The translations under genes and the position numbers were made by a program. The notes beneath the pieces were generated by a model. It worked only from the letters and a program-made list of their open reading frames with translations. It ran no database searches and was not told the DNA's origin. This document shows positions 21,176 through 32,042 of a stretch of DNA of 64,000 bases, piece by piece. This DNA comes from an uncultured delta proteobacterium (GTDB lineage Bacteria > Desulfobacterota > Desulfobacteria > Desulfobacterales > JAHEIW01), in assembly GCA_963706575.1 (NCBI GenBank), contig CAVPNL010000004.1:192001-256000 (forward strand), read 5' to 3'. Position 1 is the stretch's first letter. Every line of letters begins with the position of its first letter.

Positions 21176-22191
21176 CGCTTAAAGAAATCGGCGAATTCGG
21201 TTTTATCAAAAAAATCAGCCGCGGCTGTTTGATTCGACCGGACAACATTATCAAAGCCATCGGTGATGATGCCGCCGCATTTGCAACCGCGCCCGACCAG
21301 CTGTCATTGATCACAACGGACCTGCTGGTTGAACGCGTTCATTTCCTGCGAGAGGCCATCTCCGGGTTTGACCTGGGCTATAAATCCCTGGCCGTCAACC
21401 TGAGCGACATCGCCGCCATGGGCGGCACCGCTCGGGAAGCATTTGTCAGCATCGCCATACCCGATGATTGCCGGCTGGATTATCTCGAAGCCGTATACAG
21501 CGGCATTAAAGATCTGGCCGCCGAATTTGATGTCAACGTTCTGGGCGGGGACACCACCCGCTCAAAAAAGGACCTGATCATTAATATCGTGGTGCAGGGC
21601 ATCGTATCAAAAGAAGAGCTCTTATGCCGCGATGCCGCCAGGGCCGGAGATGTGATCTTTTCCACCGGTTTTCTGGGAGACAGTAAAGCCGGATTGCATC
21701 TGATATTAAATCAAATTGACGCCGACACCGAACCGCTGGCAGCATTACTGAAGGCCCATCTGGTACCGCAACCGCATCTACCGGAGGGGCGCTTTCTCGC
21801 CTGCCAACCCGGTGTTCATGCCGCCATCGATACCAGTGACGGCTTGAGTTCAGACCTTGCCCATATTGCCGAAGAAAGCCGGGTGGGCGCCCGTCTGTAT
21901 GCGGAAAAAATCCCCATTTCGCCAAACCTGAAAGACTTCTGCACCCGTTTTGATTTTGACCCGATAAATTACGCCCTTTCCGGGGGCGAGGATTACACTC
22001 TGCTGTGCACGATCGCACCGCAGAATGCAGACAAAATTGCGCATGATTTTGAAAAGGAATTTAAGCGCCCGCTTTTCGCTATCGGAGAAATAACCGCAAA
22101 GAAACAGATAGAAGTCGTTTATGCGGGCGGTGAAACCAAACCCCTGCCCCCCACGGGTTGGGATCATTTCAAGGCCGAAGAAAATGAATGA
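21172..22191 (+). CDS. thiL: thiamine-monophosphate kinase
   Basis: GEFGFI, IGDDAA, NLSDIAAMGG, GGDT, DTSDGL, GGEDYTL, GWDHF. Confidence 0.95.
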   Translation: MTLKEIGEFGFIKKISRGCLIRPDNIIKAIGDDAAAFATAPDQLSLITTDLLVERVHFLREAISGFDLGYKSLAVNLSDIAAMGGTAREAFVSIAIPDDCRLDYLEAVYSGIKDLAAEFDVNVLGGDTTRSKKDLIINIVVQGIVSKEELLCRDAARAGDVIFSTGFLGDSKAGLHLILNQIDADTEPLAALLKAHLVPQPHLPEGRFLACQPGVHAAIDTSDGLSSDLAHIAEESRVGARLYAEKIPISPNLKDFCTRFDFDPINYALSGGEDYTLLCTIAPQNADKIAHDFEKEFKRPLFAIGEITAKKQIEVVYAGGETKPLPPTGWDHFKAEENE

Positions 22192-23023
22192 AGCTTCGCA
22201 ACATCGGAAAACTCCCGCACAATATTGTAAAGTCCTGACCATCGCCGGCTCCGACAGCGGCGGCGGCGCCGGCATTCAGGCCGATCTAAAAACCTTTTCC
22301 GCCATTGGCTGTTACGGCATGTCGGTCATAACGGCCCTGACCGCCCAGAATACCCAAGGCGTAAATGGCATCCATGCTGTCCCCCCGGCTTTTGTCGTGC
22401 AGCAAATTGAAGCGGTGTTCAGTGATATAGGCGCCGACGCCGTCAAAATCGGGATGCTTTACTCGGCCGAGCTAATCGAAGCGGTGGCCGCAGCGCTTAA
22501 AAAACATCGCGCCCGTAAGATCGTGCTGGACCCGGTCATGGTGGCCCAGAGCGGCGACAAACTGCTGCAGGACGACGCCATCGAAGCCATCAAAACGCAT
22601 TTGATGCCACTGGCAGATGTGGTCACGCCCAATATACCGGAAGCTTCAGTCCTGTGCGGAAGGCAGTTAGCACAATGGAGCGATATTGAGAGCGCTGCCA
22701 AAACTCTGGCGCAACACGGCAGCCACAGCATTCTGATTAAAGGCGGCCACGGGGATGAGGATAAAAGCACCGATCTTCTTTTCCTGGCCCGTGAAAATCG
22801 CTTTGTCAGCCTGACGGCCGACCGCATCAAGACCAACAACAACCACGGAACCGGCTGTACCCTGTCATCGGCGATTGCCGGTTATATGGCCAGGGGCAAG
22901 GATATCGAGGCAGCCGTTCAAGAAGCCAAATCGTTTATGAACCAGGCCATCGCCGCCGGCGCAGCCTATAAACTCGGCCACGGACACGGCCCGGTGCATC
23001 ATTTTTTTCAATGGTGGGAGTAG
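22184..23023 (+). CDS. thiD: hydroxymethylpyrimidine/phosphomethylpyrimidine kinase
   Basis: LTIAGSDSGGGAGIQADLK, TAQNT, KIGML, HGTGCTLS, GHGPVHH. Confidence 0.96.
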   Translation: MNEASQHRKTPAQYCKVLTIAGSDSGGGAGIQADLKTFSAIGCYGMSVITALTAQNTQGVNGIHAVPPAFVVQQIEAVFSDIGADAVKIGMLYSAELIEAVAAALKKHRARKIVLDPVMVAQSGDKLLQDDAIEAIKTHLMPLADVVTPNIPEASVLCGRQLAQWSDIESAAKTLAQHGSHSILIKGGHGDEDKSTDLLFLARENRFVSLTADRIKTNNNHGTGCTLSSAIAGYMARGKDIEAAVQEAKSFMNQAIAAGAAYKLGHGHGPVHHFFQWWE

Positions 23024-23093
23024 CAGTTTCCAAAAATTACAGCTTTTAAGAATCTATGGATATCACAAGTTCTCTGTTTTAGTGATATTCTCA

Positions 23094-23201
23094 GAGACTG
23101 TCGAAAAAGTCTAATTTCAACCATTTTCCAAAATTCGGGTATAGTAATATCAAGTACTTAGAGGCACTAAAAACACACATTTTAGGTTTTCCGACAGTCT
23201 C
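23094..23201. mobile_element. 108-bp MITE-like element
   Basis: terminal inverted repeats GAGACTGTCGAAAAA / TTTTCCGACAGTCTC with flanking TCA duplication. Confidence 0.7.
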
Positions 23202-23299
23202 TCAATGTATCGGTACTTGGATGGTATTTGGTTTTCTTGATAAATATCTATCCTGTACTTTTAGACCGACTAACTTGGATTTATTGAAAGTGATCATTC

Positions 23300-23602
23300 A
23301 TGTCGAAAGAGGAGTCAAAAAGGAAAAGTTATAGACGCGGGGTTAGGTTTTCATTAAAGGCACCCACTGCAAAAGAGGTCTTTCTGGTGGGAGATTTTAA
23401 TAATTGGTATGCCGGAGTTAATCCCATGAAACTTGATGAGGATGGATCATGGAAGGTAAGCTTAATTATTCCTCCTGGAAGGTATGAATTCAAGTTATTG
23501 GTGGATGGCAAATGGCGTGAGGGAACAAAAGAGGAACAGACAGTTCCCAATTGTTTCGGGACTTTGAACAATGTCCTGATTGTGCCCGAAAAGGGGAAAT
23601 AA
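23300..23602 (+). CDS. stand-alone glycogen-binding (CBM48/AMPK-CBM-like) protein
   Basis: AKEVFLVGDFNNW, PGRYEFKLLVDGKW, NCFGTLNNV. Confidence 0.85.
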   Translation: MSKEESKRKSYRRGVRFSLKAPTAKEVFLVGDFNNWYAGVNPMKLDEDGSWKVSLIIPPGRYEFKLLVDGKWREGTKEEQTVPNCFGTLNNVLIVPEKGK

Positions 23603-23675
23603 TTCTATTCCATTGCACAAAACAGTGTATATCAATTCTGAAAATTCTTGTGATATTCAATTTTAATCACAACTC

Positions 23676-23714
23676 AAAAGGGTGAATCCGACCCTATGGA
23701 TTTGCCCTTTTTTT
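23676..23714 (+). terminator. intrinsic terminator
   Basis: AAAAGGGTGAATCC-loop-GGATTTGCCCTTTT plus T run. Confidence 0.75.
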
Positions 23715-23946
23715 AGCTTCAAAGCCGCATTTTTCCGGCCTTCGGTTTGACGCCAGATTTAAAAATGCGATCGGTTGCAGATATCCATCTCATATCTGAA
23801 GTTTCGCCAATTTTTGGATACTCTCAATCGGTAGTTGGCTGGTATTTGGTTTTCTGGTACGATACTCTATGGAAGTTAAGGATGTAATACATTACAAAGG
23901 TAATGATATACAAATCTGAATAATCACTTGTTAGGAAGGGTAGAAA

Positions 23947-24411
23947 ATGAAAGAATTGCGCAGAAAAGACCGTGCTATCAAGGAGGAGGAAGCCATAGCT
24001 ATTTTAAATAAGGCGGAATACGGCGTGCTATCGACAGTCGCTGAAAATGGAGAGCCCTATGGTGTGCCCCTGAACTTTTGTTCAATTAATCACTGTATAT
24101 ATTTCCATTGTGCTGTTGAGGGACAGAAACTTGACAATATCAAACAAAATAGATCTGTCTCCTTTTGCGCTGTTGGAAATACAGAGGTATTACCTGATAA
24201 ATTTGGCACAAAATATGAGAGTGTGATAGTTTCAGGAGAGGCTGAAGAAGTGTTTGATATGAATAAGCAGCTTGCCCTGGAAGGAATATTGCATAAGTAT
24301 TCTCCAGAATTCATTGACAAGGGAATAAAATATATCGAGGATTTAAAAGAAAAAACCAGAGTATTCAAAATTACCATCAATAAATTAACCGGCAAAGCAC
24401 GAAGGCAATGA
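23947..24411 (+). CDS. flavin-binding pyridoxamine 5'-phosphate oxidase-like (Nim-like) protein
   Basis: LRRKDR, PYGVPLNF, IYFHCAVEGQK, YESVIVSG, LTGK. Confidence 0.85.
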   Translation: MKELRRKDRAIKEEEAIAILNKAEYGVLSTVAENGEPYGVPLNFCSINHCIYFHCAVEGQKLDNIKQNRSVSFCAVGNTEVLPDKFGTKYESVIVSGEAEEVFDMNKQLALEGILHKYSPEFIDKGIKYIEDLKEKTRVFKITINKLTGKARRQ

Positions 24412-24498
24412 TTCCGCCAAAAAAATCTTTCGATTGACACTTTTTCGCCACGCTCAATAGACAGGTGCACTCAAGCGATAGATTTCATTGATCAACAT

Positions 24499-24930
24499 AT
24501 GGAGGAAAAAATGCCTGACATCTTGCTTGGAGTCATAATTGGCGGATTAATTGCAAGCATAACTCCGATAGTTATGATAATTTTAGATCACAGACGTTGG
24601 CGACGTCAGTCAGCACTTGAGCAGCTAAGATTTGAACGGAATAGACTTGAGAAAATATTCAGAGCGAATCTTAAAAGGTTTTCGAAGGCAATCACTGAGA
24701 ATAGCTATCCATCAGATATGATCATGGATTTTATTTTAACGATGCCGAATGAGGTTTCTTCGAAATTCAAAGATTTTTTAGCTGACCCTAATAAAACAGA
24801 TGCAAAATGTAAAAAAGCTTATTTTAATGTAGTTTCATCGATGAAAAAGATCTTATCTGATATCGACAGTAAAATTGAAAACATAATTTCTCAAAAACCA
24901 AAATTCTTTAAAATTCCACCTAAAAAATAG
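24499..24930 (+). CDS. hypothetical membrane-anchored protein
   Basis: N-terminal hydrophobic LLGVIIGGLIASITPIVMIIL followed by charged helices; AT-rich. Confidence 0.6.
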   Translation: MEEKMPDILLGVIIGGLIASITPIVMIILDHRRWRRQSALEQLRFERNRLEKIFRANLKRFSKAITENSYPSDMIMDFILTMPNEVSSKFKDFLADPNKTDAKCKKAYFNVVSSMKKILSDIDSKIENIISQKPKFFKIPPKK

Positions 24931-24984
24931 TCGATCTAAAACTCCATATTTCTCCAACTTATCAAAGATTTTTGAGGCCATAAA

Positions 24985-25185
24985 TTGGCCCAATATCTTT
25001 GTTGGTGCCTCACTTTAAATCCTCGACATACAACAGTATGCCTGCGGTTTACGACCCACAAGCCGTATAAGATCAGACGGGGAATCCCGCAACGCGGTAA
25101 AACTCGGCCCTGCCGTGCGTGTCCCGGCGAAGCCTTTAGGCGAAGACGGGATCTTGAACCAAAATCCTATTTTGGAGATGGGTTC
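24985..25185. repeat. copy of the 39168-39309 element (reverse orientation) carrying two nested inserts
   Basis: ttggcccaatatctttgttgg...cctcgacatacaacagtat...atcttgaaccaaaatcctatttt..agatgggttc matches the reverse complement of 39168-39309. Confidence 0.85.
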
Positions 25186-25295
25186 TATATACTCATTGAT
25201 TTGACACAAGATTATATTTACGATATTTAAATTTCACCATCCTGCCTTACTTCAACATCATTCAAACTGCATAACCATTAATGGAGGGCACGAAA

Positions 25296-28200
25296 ATGCT
25301 ATGCCCGAAGTGTCAGTTTGAGAATGCCGATGGCATGAATTTCTGCGGCAAGTGCGGAGCAAAATTAGAAATGTTTTGTCCGCAGTGCAATTTCGGGAAT
25401 CCCCCTGAATACGAATTTTGCGGAAAATGTGGTTATAAGCTGTCCCTTCCTTCAGAAACCGCTACCAAAGAACTTTCCTTTGATGAAAAATTAGACCAAG
25501 ATTCAAAAGTACCTTCCCAAAGGCCTTACCGAAAAAATCCTATCTCAAAGAGACCGGATTGAAGGCGAGCGCAAGCAGGTGACGGTGATGTTCTGCGACA
25601 TGGAGGGTTTTACCCCTCTGTCGGAATTGCTGGGTATCGAAGAAGCCTACTCGATCATGGATCAGGTTTACGAAATCCTGATTCATAAAGTCCACGACTA
25701 TGAAGGTACGGTCAACGAGATGACCGGTGATGGGATTATGGCGCTTTTTGGCGCTCCGATTGCCCTGGAGGATGCACCGCAACGCGCAATTCGATCAAGC
25801 CTTGCCATTCACCGAGAGATGGCAAAATTCAGTGACCAATTGAAGCAAGAAAAAAAGGATATCCCGTCTGTTAAAATGCGGATTGGCATACACACAGGAC
25901 CGGTAGTCGTCGGTACTGTGGGCAACGATCTGCGGGTTGAGTTCAAGGCAGTTGGCGATACAGTAAATCTGGCTTCTAGAATGGAAGGACTGGCAGATCC
26001 AGGGACAACCTATGTAACAGAGGATACATTCAAACTTACTGAAGGGCTTTTTCGGTTTGAGGCCCTTGGGAGAAAAAGAGATTAAAGGTAAGAAAGAGCC
26101 AGTGAAAGTTTACCGGGCGATTGCCCCCAGTACCAGCAGGACCAGATTCGATGTCAGTGCTGAGAGAGGCCTGACACCGTTTGTAGGAAGGGAGCGAGAG
26201 CTTGAACTTTTAATCGATGGCTTTGAGCGGGCCAAAGCAGGTCGTGGACAGGCCTTTTCGATCGTGTCTGAGGCTGGGATAGGTAAATCAAGGCTCTTGT
26301 ATGAGTTCAGAAAAGCGGTCGCCAGTGAAGATGTGATGTTTTTAGAGGGAAGATGCCTGTCCTACAGCAGCGGGGTTGCTTACCATCCAGTTATAGACAT
26401 CCTAAAAGCAAACTTCGATATCCGCCAGGGTGATGGGGATTCAGAAATCAGGGAAAAAGTCAAAAGAGGTTTGAAAATAATAGGGTTGGATGAAGCTTCT
26501 TCTCTTCCTTATCTGCTGGAGCTTTTTTCGGTGAAAGACAGCGGTATCGAAAAGATTCCTATGAGCCCCGAAGGCAAAAAAAGAACGAATGATGGAGGTA
26601 TTCAAACTAATCACCCTCAAGGGTTCTGAGATCCGGCCTCTAATTACGGCTTATGAAGACCTCCACTGGTTGGATAAGAGTTCAGAGGAAGTATTGAAAT
26701 ATGTTTTGGAAAGCATACCGGGGGCAAGGGTCTTGATGATATTCACCTACCGGCCTGAGTTCGTGCATACCTGGGGCGGCAAGTCATATCACAGTCAGAT
26801 GAACCTCAACCGACTCTCCAACCGGGAAAGCCTATCGATGGTGAGCGACCTTCTGGACACAGAGTCCATCGATAGTGATCTTGAAGAGTTAATTCTGGAA
26901 AAGACAGAAGGGGTTCCCTTTTTCATTGAAGAGTTCATACAGATCCCTTAATGATCTAAAGATCATCGAGAAAAAACACAACAAATACCGCTTAGCAAAA
27001 GATATCCAGGATGTGACCATTCCTTCCACGATTCATGATGTCATCATGGCCCGGGTGGACTCGCTTGCCTGAGGGTGCCAAAGAGGTGCTTCAGATCGGA
27101 TCAGTAATCGGGAGGGAATTCAGTCACGATCTGATCATGAAGGTGATAAACCTTCCGGAAGCTGAATTATTGTCAAATCTCTCGGCCTTAAAGGATTCAG
27201 AGCTTCTCTATGAGAGAGGTATATTTCCCCAGTCCACCTATATCTTTAAGCATGCCCTGACCCAGGACGTGGTCTATGATTCGATACTGACCAAGAGTAG
27301 AAAGCATATTCACGAAGAGGTGGGCAAAGCCATAGAAAATCTCTATGCGGAGAGGCTGGAAGAGTTTTACGAGATGTTGGCCCTCCATTACGCCGAAGCG
27401 GGCCTCAGTAAGAAGGCGATTGGCTACTGCCAGCGGGCGGGTACGCGCGCCACCGAGCGCTCGGCGTACCAGGAGGCAATAAGCCACTTGACGACCGGCC
27501 TGAGCTTGCTCCAGAACCTGCCGGAGACCCTGGCGCGTCATCAGCAGGAACTGGCGCTGCAGACTGCGCTTGGGGCAGCATCGCTTATGGTCAGAGGGCA
27601 CACGGCTCCCGAAGTGGAAGCCGCCTACAGGCGGGCTCATGTCCTTTGCCAGCAGCTGGGTGACACCCAGGACATGACTTCCTGTCTTGTTTGGTCTGTG
27701 GCGGTTCTATGTGATGCGGGCTGATTATGACATGGCCCGCCAGCTTGGTGAGGAGCTCCTCGGTCTATCCGAGCGGAGCGACGAGTTACCGCTTCATGTC
27801 CTTCCGCATTATGCGGCGGGCTTCACTTGCTTCTGTCTGGGGGAGCTGCTCCGGGCGCGCAGCCACTTAGAGGAAGGCATAGCGCACTATAACCCGGCCC
27901 AGCGGAGTATCCCCGTGTTTCGGGCCGGTCAAGACCCCGGTGTCGCCTGTCGCTTCTATGCAGCCCTTACGCTGTGGCTCCTGGGCTACCCTGACCAAGC
28001 CCTGGCGCGCGCCCAAGATGGACTGGTGCTGGCCACCGAGCTTGCCCACCCCTTCAGTAATGCCTTTGCTCTGGTTGGTGTGTCCATGGTAGAGCGGCTT
28101 CGCCGAGACGAGCAGGACGTCTATGACCACGCTGAGGCTACCGTGAACCTCTCGACCGAGCAGGGTTTTCCATCCTGGTTGGCGTTGGGCACAGTTATGC

Positions 28201-28709
28201 GGGGCTGGGCCTTGACGGCCCTGGGGCAGCGACGAGGAAGGGATGATACAGTTACGCCAAGGTATCACGGACTGGCGTGCCATTGGAACAGAATTGTTCG
28301 TGCCGTATTTCCTGGCCGACCTGGCCGATGGGTATGGCGCTCTCAAGCAAGTCGACGAGGCACTCGACGCCCTGAAAGAGGGATGGGAGGGGATGGAGCG
28401 GACGGGCGAACACTGGTGGAAAGCCGAGGTGCATCGCCTTAAAGGGGACCTGCTGTTGCATCAGTCCACTTCGGATGTAGCTCAGGCCGGCAAACTGCTT
28501 CCGGCAGGCCCTCGACGTGGCCCGAAGTCAACAGGCCAAATCCTTGGAGCTCCGCGCGGCCACCAGCCTGGCTAGACTCTGGCTGTCCCAGAGATAAGCG
28601 TCAGGAGGCCTATGACCTGCTGGCGCCGGTGCACGACTGGTTCACCGAGGGATTTGACACCGCCGACCTCCAGGAAGCGAAAGCGTTGCTAACGGAACTT
28701 GAGAAGTAG
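25296..28709 (+). pseudogene. double zinc ribbon + class III adenylate/guanylate cyclase + AAA (STAND-like) + TPR protein, broken by nine +1 frameshifts (about 1134 aa if corrected; possibly sequencing error)
   Basis: CPKC..CGKC..CPQC..CGKC; VTVMFCDMEGFT, GDGIMALFG, VGDTVNLASRME; FVGRERE, EAGIGKSRL, EDLHWLD, GVPFFIEE; C-terminal ELRAATSLARLW, WFTEGFDT; frame advances by +1 at each break. Confidence 0.85.
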
Positions 28710-29046
28710 ATTCCTTTCAAGAGACGGGCGTCGCCGAGATCTTGCGAAAGGGTTGCTTTTTCTTATCCGACTGAACCCCTGTATTCGACAACCCTCACGT
28801 GCCCCTATTGCTGGCTCACGGTTGAGTTTGACCCCTTCGCTCTTCAGTCATGGGTGAACCCCATTCTTTTTGGCAATAAATACATCCGTATTTTTCTAGT
28901 TCATGATTTGGCACTAAAGCCGCAGGTACGATAAGTTGCATATATCCGTCTAATGCCTGAAAAATTTTTAGAAAAATTGATACTTGGAGATCTCTCAATA
29001 AATCACCAGTTCAACAAAAAAGTTTTACAATAGTTGGGGAAATGCT

Positions 29047-29652
29047 ATGAGTAAAAAGAATTTTTTGTCGGCTTCATTCCTTCTTATCTTTGCTACAACC
29101 GGTTTTGCCTCCCAAATCAGTAGGATTACCTTATCTGAATTGTATGTAAAATCTGATCTGATCGTAATGGCAGAAGTCGTCAAGCTGGTTAAAAATGGCA
29201 ACCAGGACCAGGTTACCATAAAGGCTGATGTGCATCTGAAGGGTATGAGCTCTCAAACAGTCTATACTTTCGATCTTTTCACCCGTGGAGGGCTGAAAGA
29301 TTTTGACCCATCCCTCAAGGAAGGCGATACGGGAATCTTCTTCCTGAAAATCAGAGAACAGGACGATCAAGTTGAAAAAGCCTATTGGGGTAGTGTTGCC
29401 ACTTTCCAGAAAAATCACTTTGACTCAGCGGCCACCACCTCTTCCACATTACTTGATGCTTGGCGTTCTCATCGAGTCAAACACCGGCAGATAAGGGATA
29501 TCGAAGCGTATGAACGTGGATTTCGAAAAGGATTTGCCGGCCCAGCGGGACTTGTGGACGGTTCGGCCGATTTCAACTTGGGGCATTCTGACGGGATGAT
29601 CGCAAAAATGAAGAAATTCCCCGATCAGAAGGATGCGGTCGACGGCAAATAG
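29047..29652 (+). CDS. hypothetical secreted protein
   Basis: signal peptide ending TGFA; ITLSELYVKSDLIVMAEV start of mature region. Confidence 0.7.
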   Translation: MSKKNFLSASFLLIFATTGFASQISRITLSELYVKSDLIVMAEVVKLVKNGNQDQVTIKADVHLKGMSSQTVYTFDLFTRGGLKDFDPSLKEGDTGIFFLKIREQDDQVEKAYWGSVATFQKNHFDSAATTSSTLLDAWRSHRVKHRQIRDIEAYERGFRKGFAGPAGLVDGSADFNLGHSDGMIAKMKKFPDQKDAVDGK

Positions 29653-29677
29653 CCGCGCCTGATCCTCGCCGTTTAAG
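29619..29677 (+). other. degenerate integron attC-like site
   Basis: GGAT(G)CGGTCG(A)CGGC-AAATA-GCCGCGCCTGATCC imperfect palindrome with two extra bases, ending in GTT; gene is preceded by GTTGGGG at 29033. Confidence 0.45.
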
Positions 29678-29760
29678 GCACCTCCAACTTAGCAAAGGTT
29701 TTGAGGAAACATAAAAATATTGTGATACCAAAAGTGAGGCTTGATATGTAAAAAATTAGG

Positions 29761-30606
29761 TCATACAAAAAAACGAATATATATCCCCACTGCAACCGCC
29801 CACCCCAGGATGAGGATTGTTATGATTGCACAGCCGCCGGCCAGCAGTTTGTGGACAACGTTCTCTTTTTTGCGCTCTTGATACCCAAGTAGAAACCCCA
29901 GACCGATTCCCGCAGCGATGCCCCCGCCGTGCCCCCAGTTGTTAATCACCGGAACCATTATGCCAAAAAAGAAAATAATAATCACCCAGATGCCGATTTG
30001 TTTGTAAAGCGCTCGCCCGTAAACGCCGCCCCGGCTTTTGCCGTAATACAGCAGGGCGCCTGCCAGGCTGCAAACCGACGCGGAGGCGCCGATGGTCCAG
30101 GGAACCGCAGCCAGATAGGAAATAAAAAAACCGATGACCCCGCCCAGGGTGTAGATGATGAACATCCGATACACACCGTATTCCCGGGACACCAGCAAGC
30201 CCAGCTGGCGGAAAGCCGCCATATTAAAAAAGATATGCAGGAGGCCGCCGTGCAGATAACTGGCGGAAACCAGGGTCCAGTATCGCTGAGAGGCGTCGAT
30301 GGGAACTTTTCCGGTGGCGCCCAGCAACTCAAGGATCTGCCCGGAAGGTGATAGAAAGGTCAGCGGATTCAACGCCAATCCGAAACCTCTTGGATTTAAC
30401 AACAGGGAAATCACGTAGACAGCCACATTGATGCCGATGATCGATTTCACCAGCAGATAGGGATTATTGAATCCGCGGGTCAAGATATTATTTTTATACC
30501 AGGCGGCAGGGTTCCCCGTCCCGCAATACGGGCAATTCTTCTCTGATGTACTGATCAGCTTTTTACAGTTTGGACAAAGCAGAGATTGTCTTTTATGAGT
30601 TTGCAT
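29761..30606 (-). CDS. rhomboid-family intramembrane serine protease with N-terminal zinc ribbon
   Basis: CPNC..CPYC; HGGLLHIFFNM, IGAS, NWGHGGG; multiple TM segments. Confidence 0.9.
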   Translation of the reverse strand: MQTHKRQSLLCPNCKKLISTSEKNCPYCGTGNPAAWYKNNILTRGFNNPYLLVKSIIGINVAVYVISLLLNPRGFGLALNPLTFLSPSGQILELLGATGKVPIDASQRYWTLVSASYLHGGLLHIFFNMAAFRQLGLLVSREYGVYRMFIIYTLGGVIGFFISYLAAVPWTIGASASVCSLAGALLYYGKSRGGVYGRALYKQIGIWVIIIFFFGIMVPVINNWGHGGGIAAGIGLGFLLGYQERKKENVVHKLLAGGCAIITILILGWAVAVGIYIRFFV

Positions 30607-30796
30607 AGGTTGATCGATTATAACAAACGACAAAGTATTACAAGACGATTAACTCTATCAGAAAGATAGGGTTCATTTCTAATTTACAATAAGACTCCAA
30701 CCTATTCGGTCAAGTTCAGGGAATATAAACAACATGCTCCTTTCTAAACTATGAAACGCTCAAATTAGGATGGCACAATGTGATACAGCTTTCCAA

Positions 30797-30825
30797 TTGA
30801 CACATGGGCGGGTTTTTCCTATGAT
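30797..30825 (+). promoter_or_regulatory. sigma70-type promoter of the redox operon
   Basis: TTGACA-N17-TATGAT. Confidence 0.65.
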
Positions 30826-30971
30826 AAACTCCGATTCGAAAGATCGCCCGGGTAATTCCTTCCAAATTTCTGCAGCTATCATTTGGAACCGGAAAATGTT
30901 TCAGTCATCGATTATTTCTTTTTCGCCTCAGCGAATTCAGGGTTAAAACGGTGCGATGAGCAGAGGATTGC

Positions 30972-31988
30972 GTGAATCAAAAAATTAAAGCGAAACCAGC
31001 TCAAAAACAGAGCCTTCTGAGCCTGATGATACTGGGAATCCTTGTGGTTATCGCCGGCGGTGTTTATCTTGCTCAGTTTAACTTTAATCCCGCCGTTCAG
31101 CAAATGGCCCCCGCTTTAACAGCCGACAAAAAAAACCAGATCGCCCCACCGGCATCAGCCGAAAAATCATTGATATTAACACCACCCGGCCAGGCGCCTT
31201 TAAGCCCTCCGGAAACCTTTGACGCCGCCACCCTTTCAGATAAAATCAACGGCAAGGCGGAATTGTACCTGTCGGCCGGCTTTGTCCGGCTCCACAGCCA
31301 GCGTTTTAAAGACGAAACCGCCGGGGAGGTCTGGATGGAGGTTTTCGTTTACGACATGCAGACGCCGCAAAATGCCTTTTCCGTTTTCAGTGCCCAGCGC
31401 AGAGATGATGCCCAAACGCTGGAGGTCGCACAATATGCCTATCAAACCCCAAACGCCCTATTCTTCGTCCACGGCCCCTTTTATGTTGAGGTTGTTGCAT
31501 CCGATATCTCAGAGACTATCATTCAACCGATGATCGCGTTTGCCGAAGCCTTCATCGCCAATCATCCCATCAAGGCCCAGACCATCGGTGAAAAGGAACT
31601 GTTTCCCGAGGAAGGTCTGGTTCAAACCAGCATTTCACTGGTGTCCGCAGATGCGTTCGGCTATGAGCGGTTTGATCAGATATTTACGGCCACCTATAAG
31701 CTGCAGGACAGCGAATTTATGGCCTATTATTCCCGCCGAAAGACCCCCGGGGAAGCGGAAGATCTGGCAGCGAGTTACCGGGATTTTTTAATCGCATTCG
31801 GCGGCAAAACGGTCGAATCCGACCTGGGAATTAAAACAGCGAAAATGATTGATATTTTGGACACCTACGAGATTGTATTTTCCCACGGCCCCTATCTGGC
31901 CGGCGTGCGCGAAGCCGCAGATCAACAGCCGGCACAGGAATTGGCAATGCAATTGTTTAATAGAATCAAAGCGGTCTCCGCTGAATAG
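30972..31988 (+). CDS. membrane-anchored periplasmic protein, DUF6599-like
   Basis: N-terminal TM; LSDKINGKAELYLSAGF, VYDMQTPQNAFSVFS. Confidence 0.7.
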   Translation: MNQKIKAKPAQKQSLLSLMILGILVVIAGGVYLAQFNFNPAVQQMAPALTADKKNQIAPPASAEKSLILTPPGQAPLSPPETFDAATLSDKINGKAELYLSAGFVRLHSQRFKDETAGEVWMEVFVYDMQTPQNAFSVFSAQRRDDAQTLEVAQYAYQTPNALFFVHGPFYVEVVASDISETIIQPMIAFAEAFIANHPIKAQTIGEKELFPEEGLVQTSISLVSADAFGYERFDQIFTATYKLQDSEFMAYYSRRKTPGEAEDLAASYRDFLIAFGGKTVESDLGIKTAKMIDILDTYEIVFSHGPYLAGVREAADQQPAQELAMQLFNRIKAVSAE

Positions 31989-32042
31989 CGGCATTGAACT
32001 GATCTTCGCGGCTGGAAGCCGCGATAAAAAGGAGCTTAAAAC

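Noticed and set aside
23930..24470. Nim-like gene as a second integron cassette (GTTAGGA before the start)
   Set aside because: No attC-like palindrome found after the stop codon
24985..25230. ORFs 24985-25230 and 39254-39454 sharing AQYLCW
   Set aside because: The similarity comes from the repeated non-coding element
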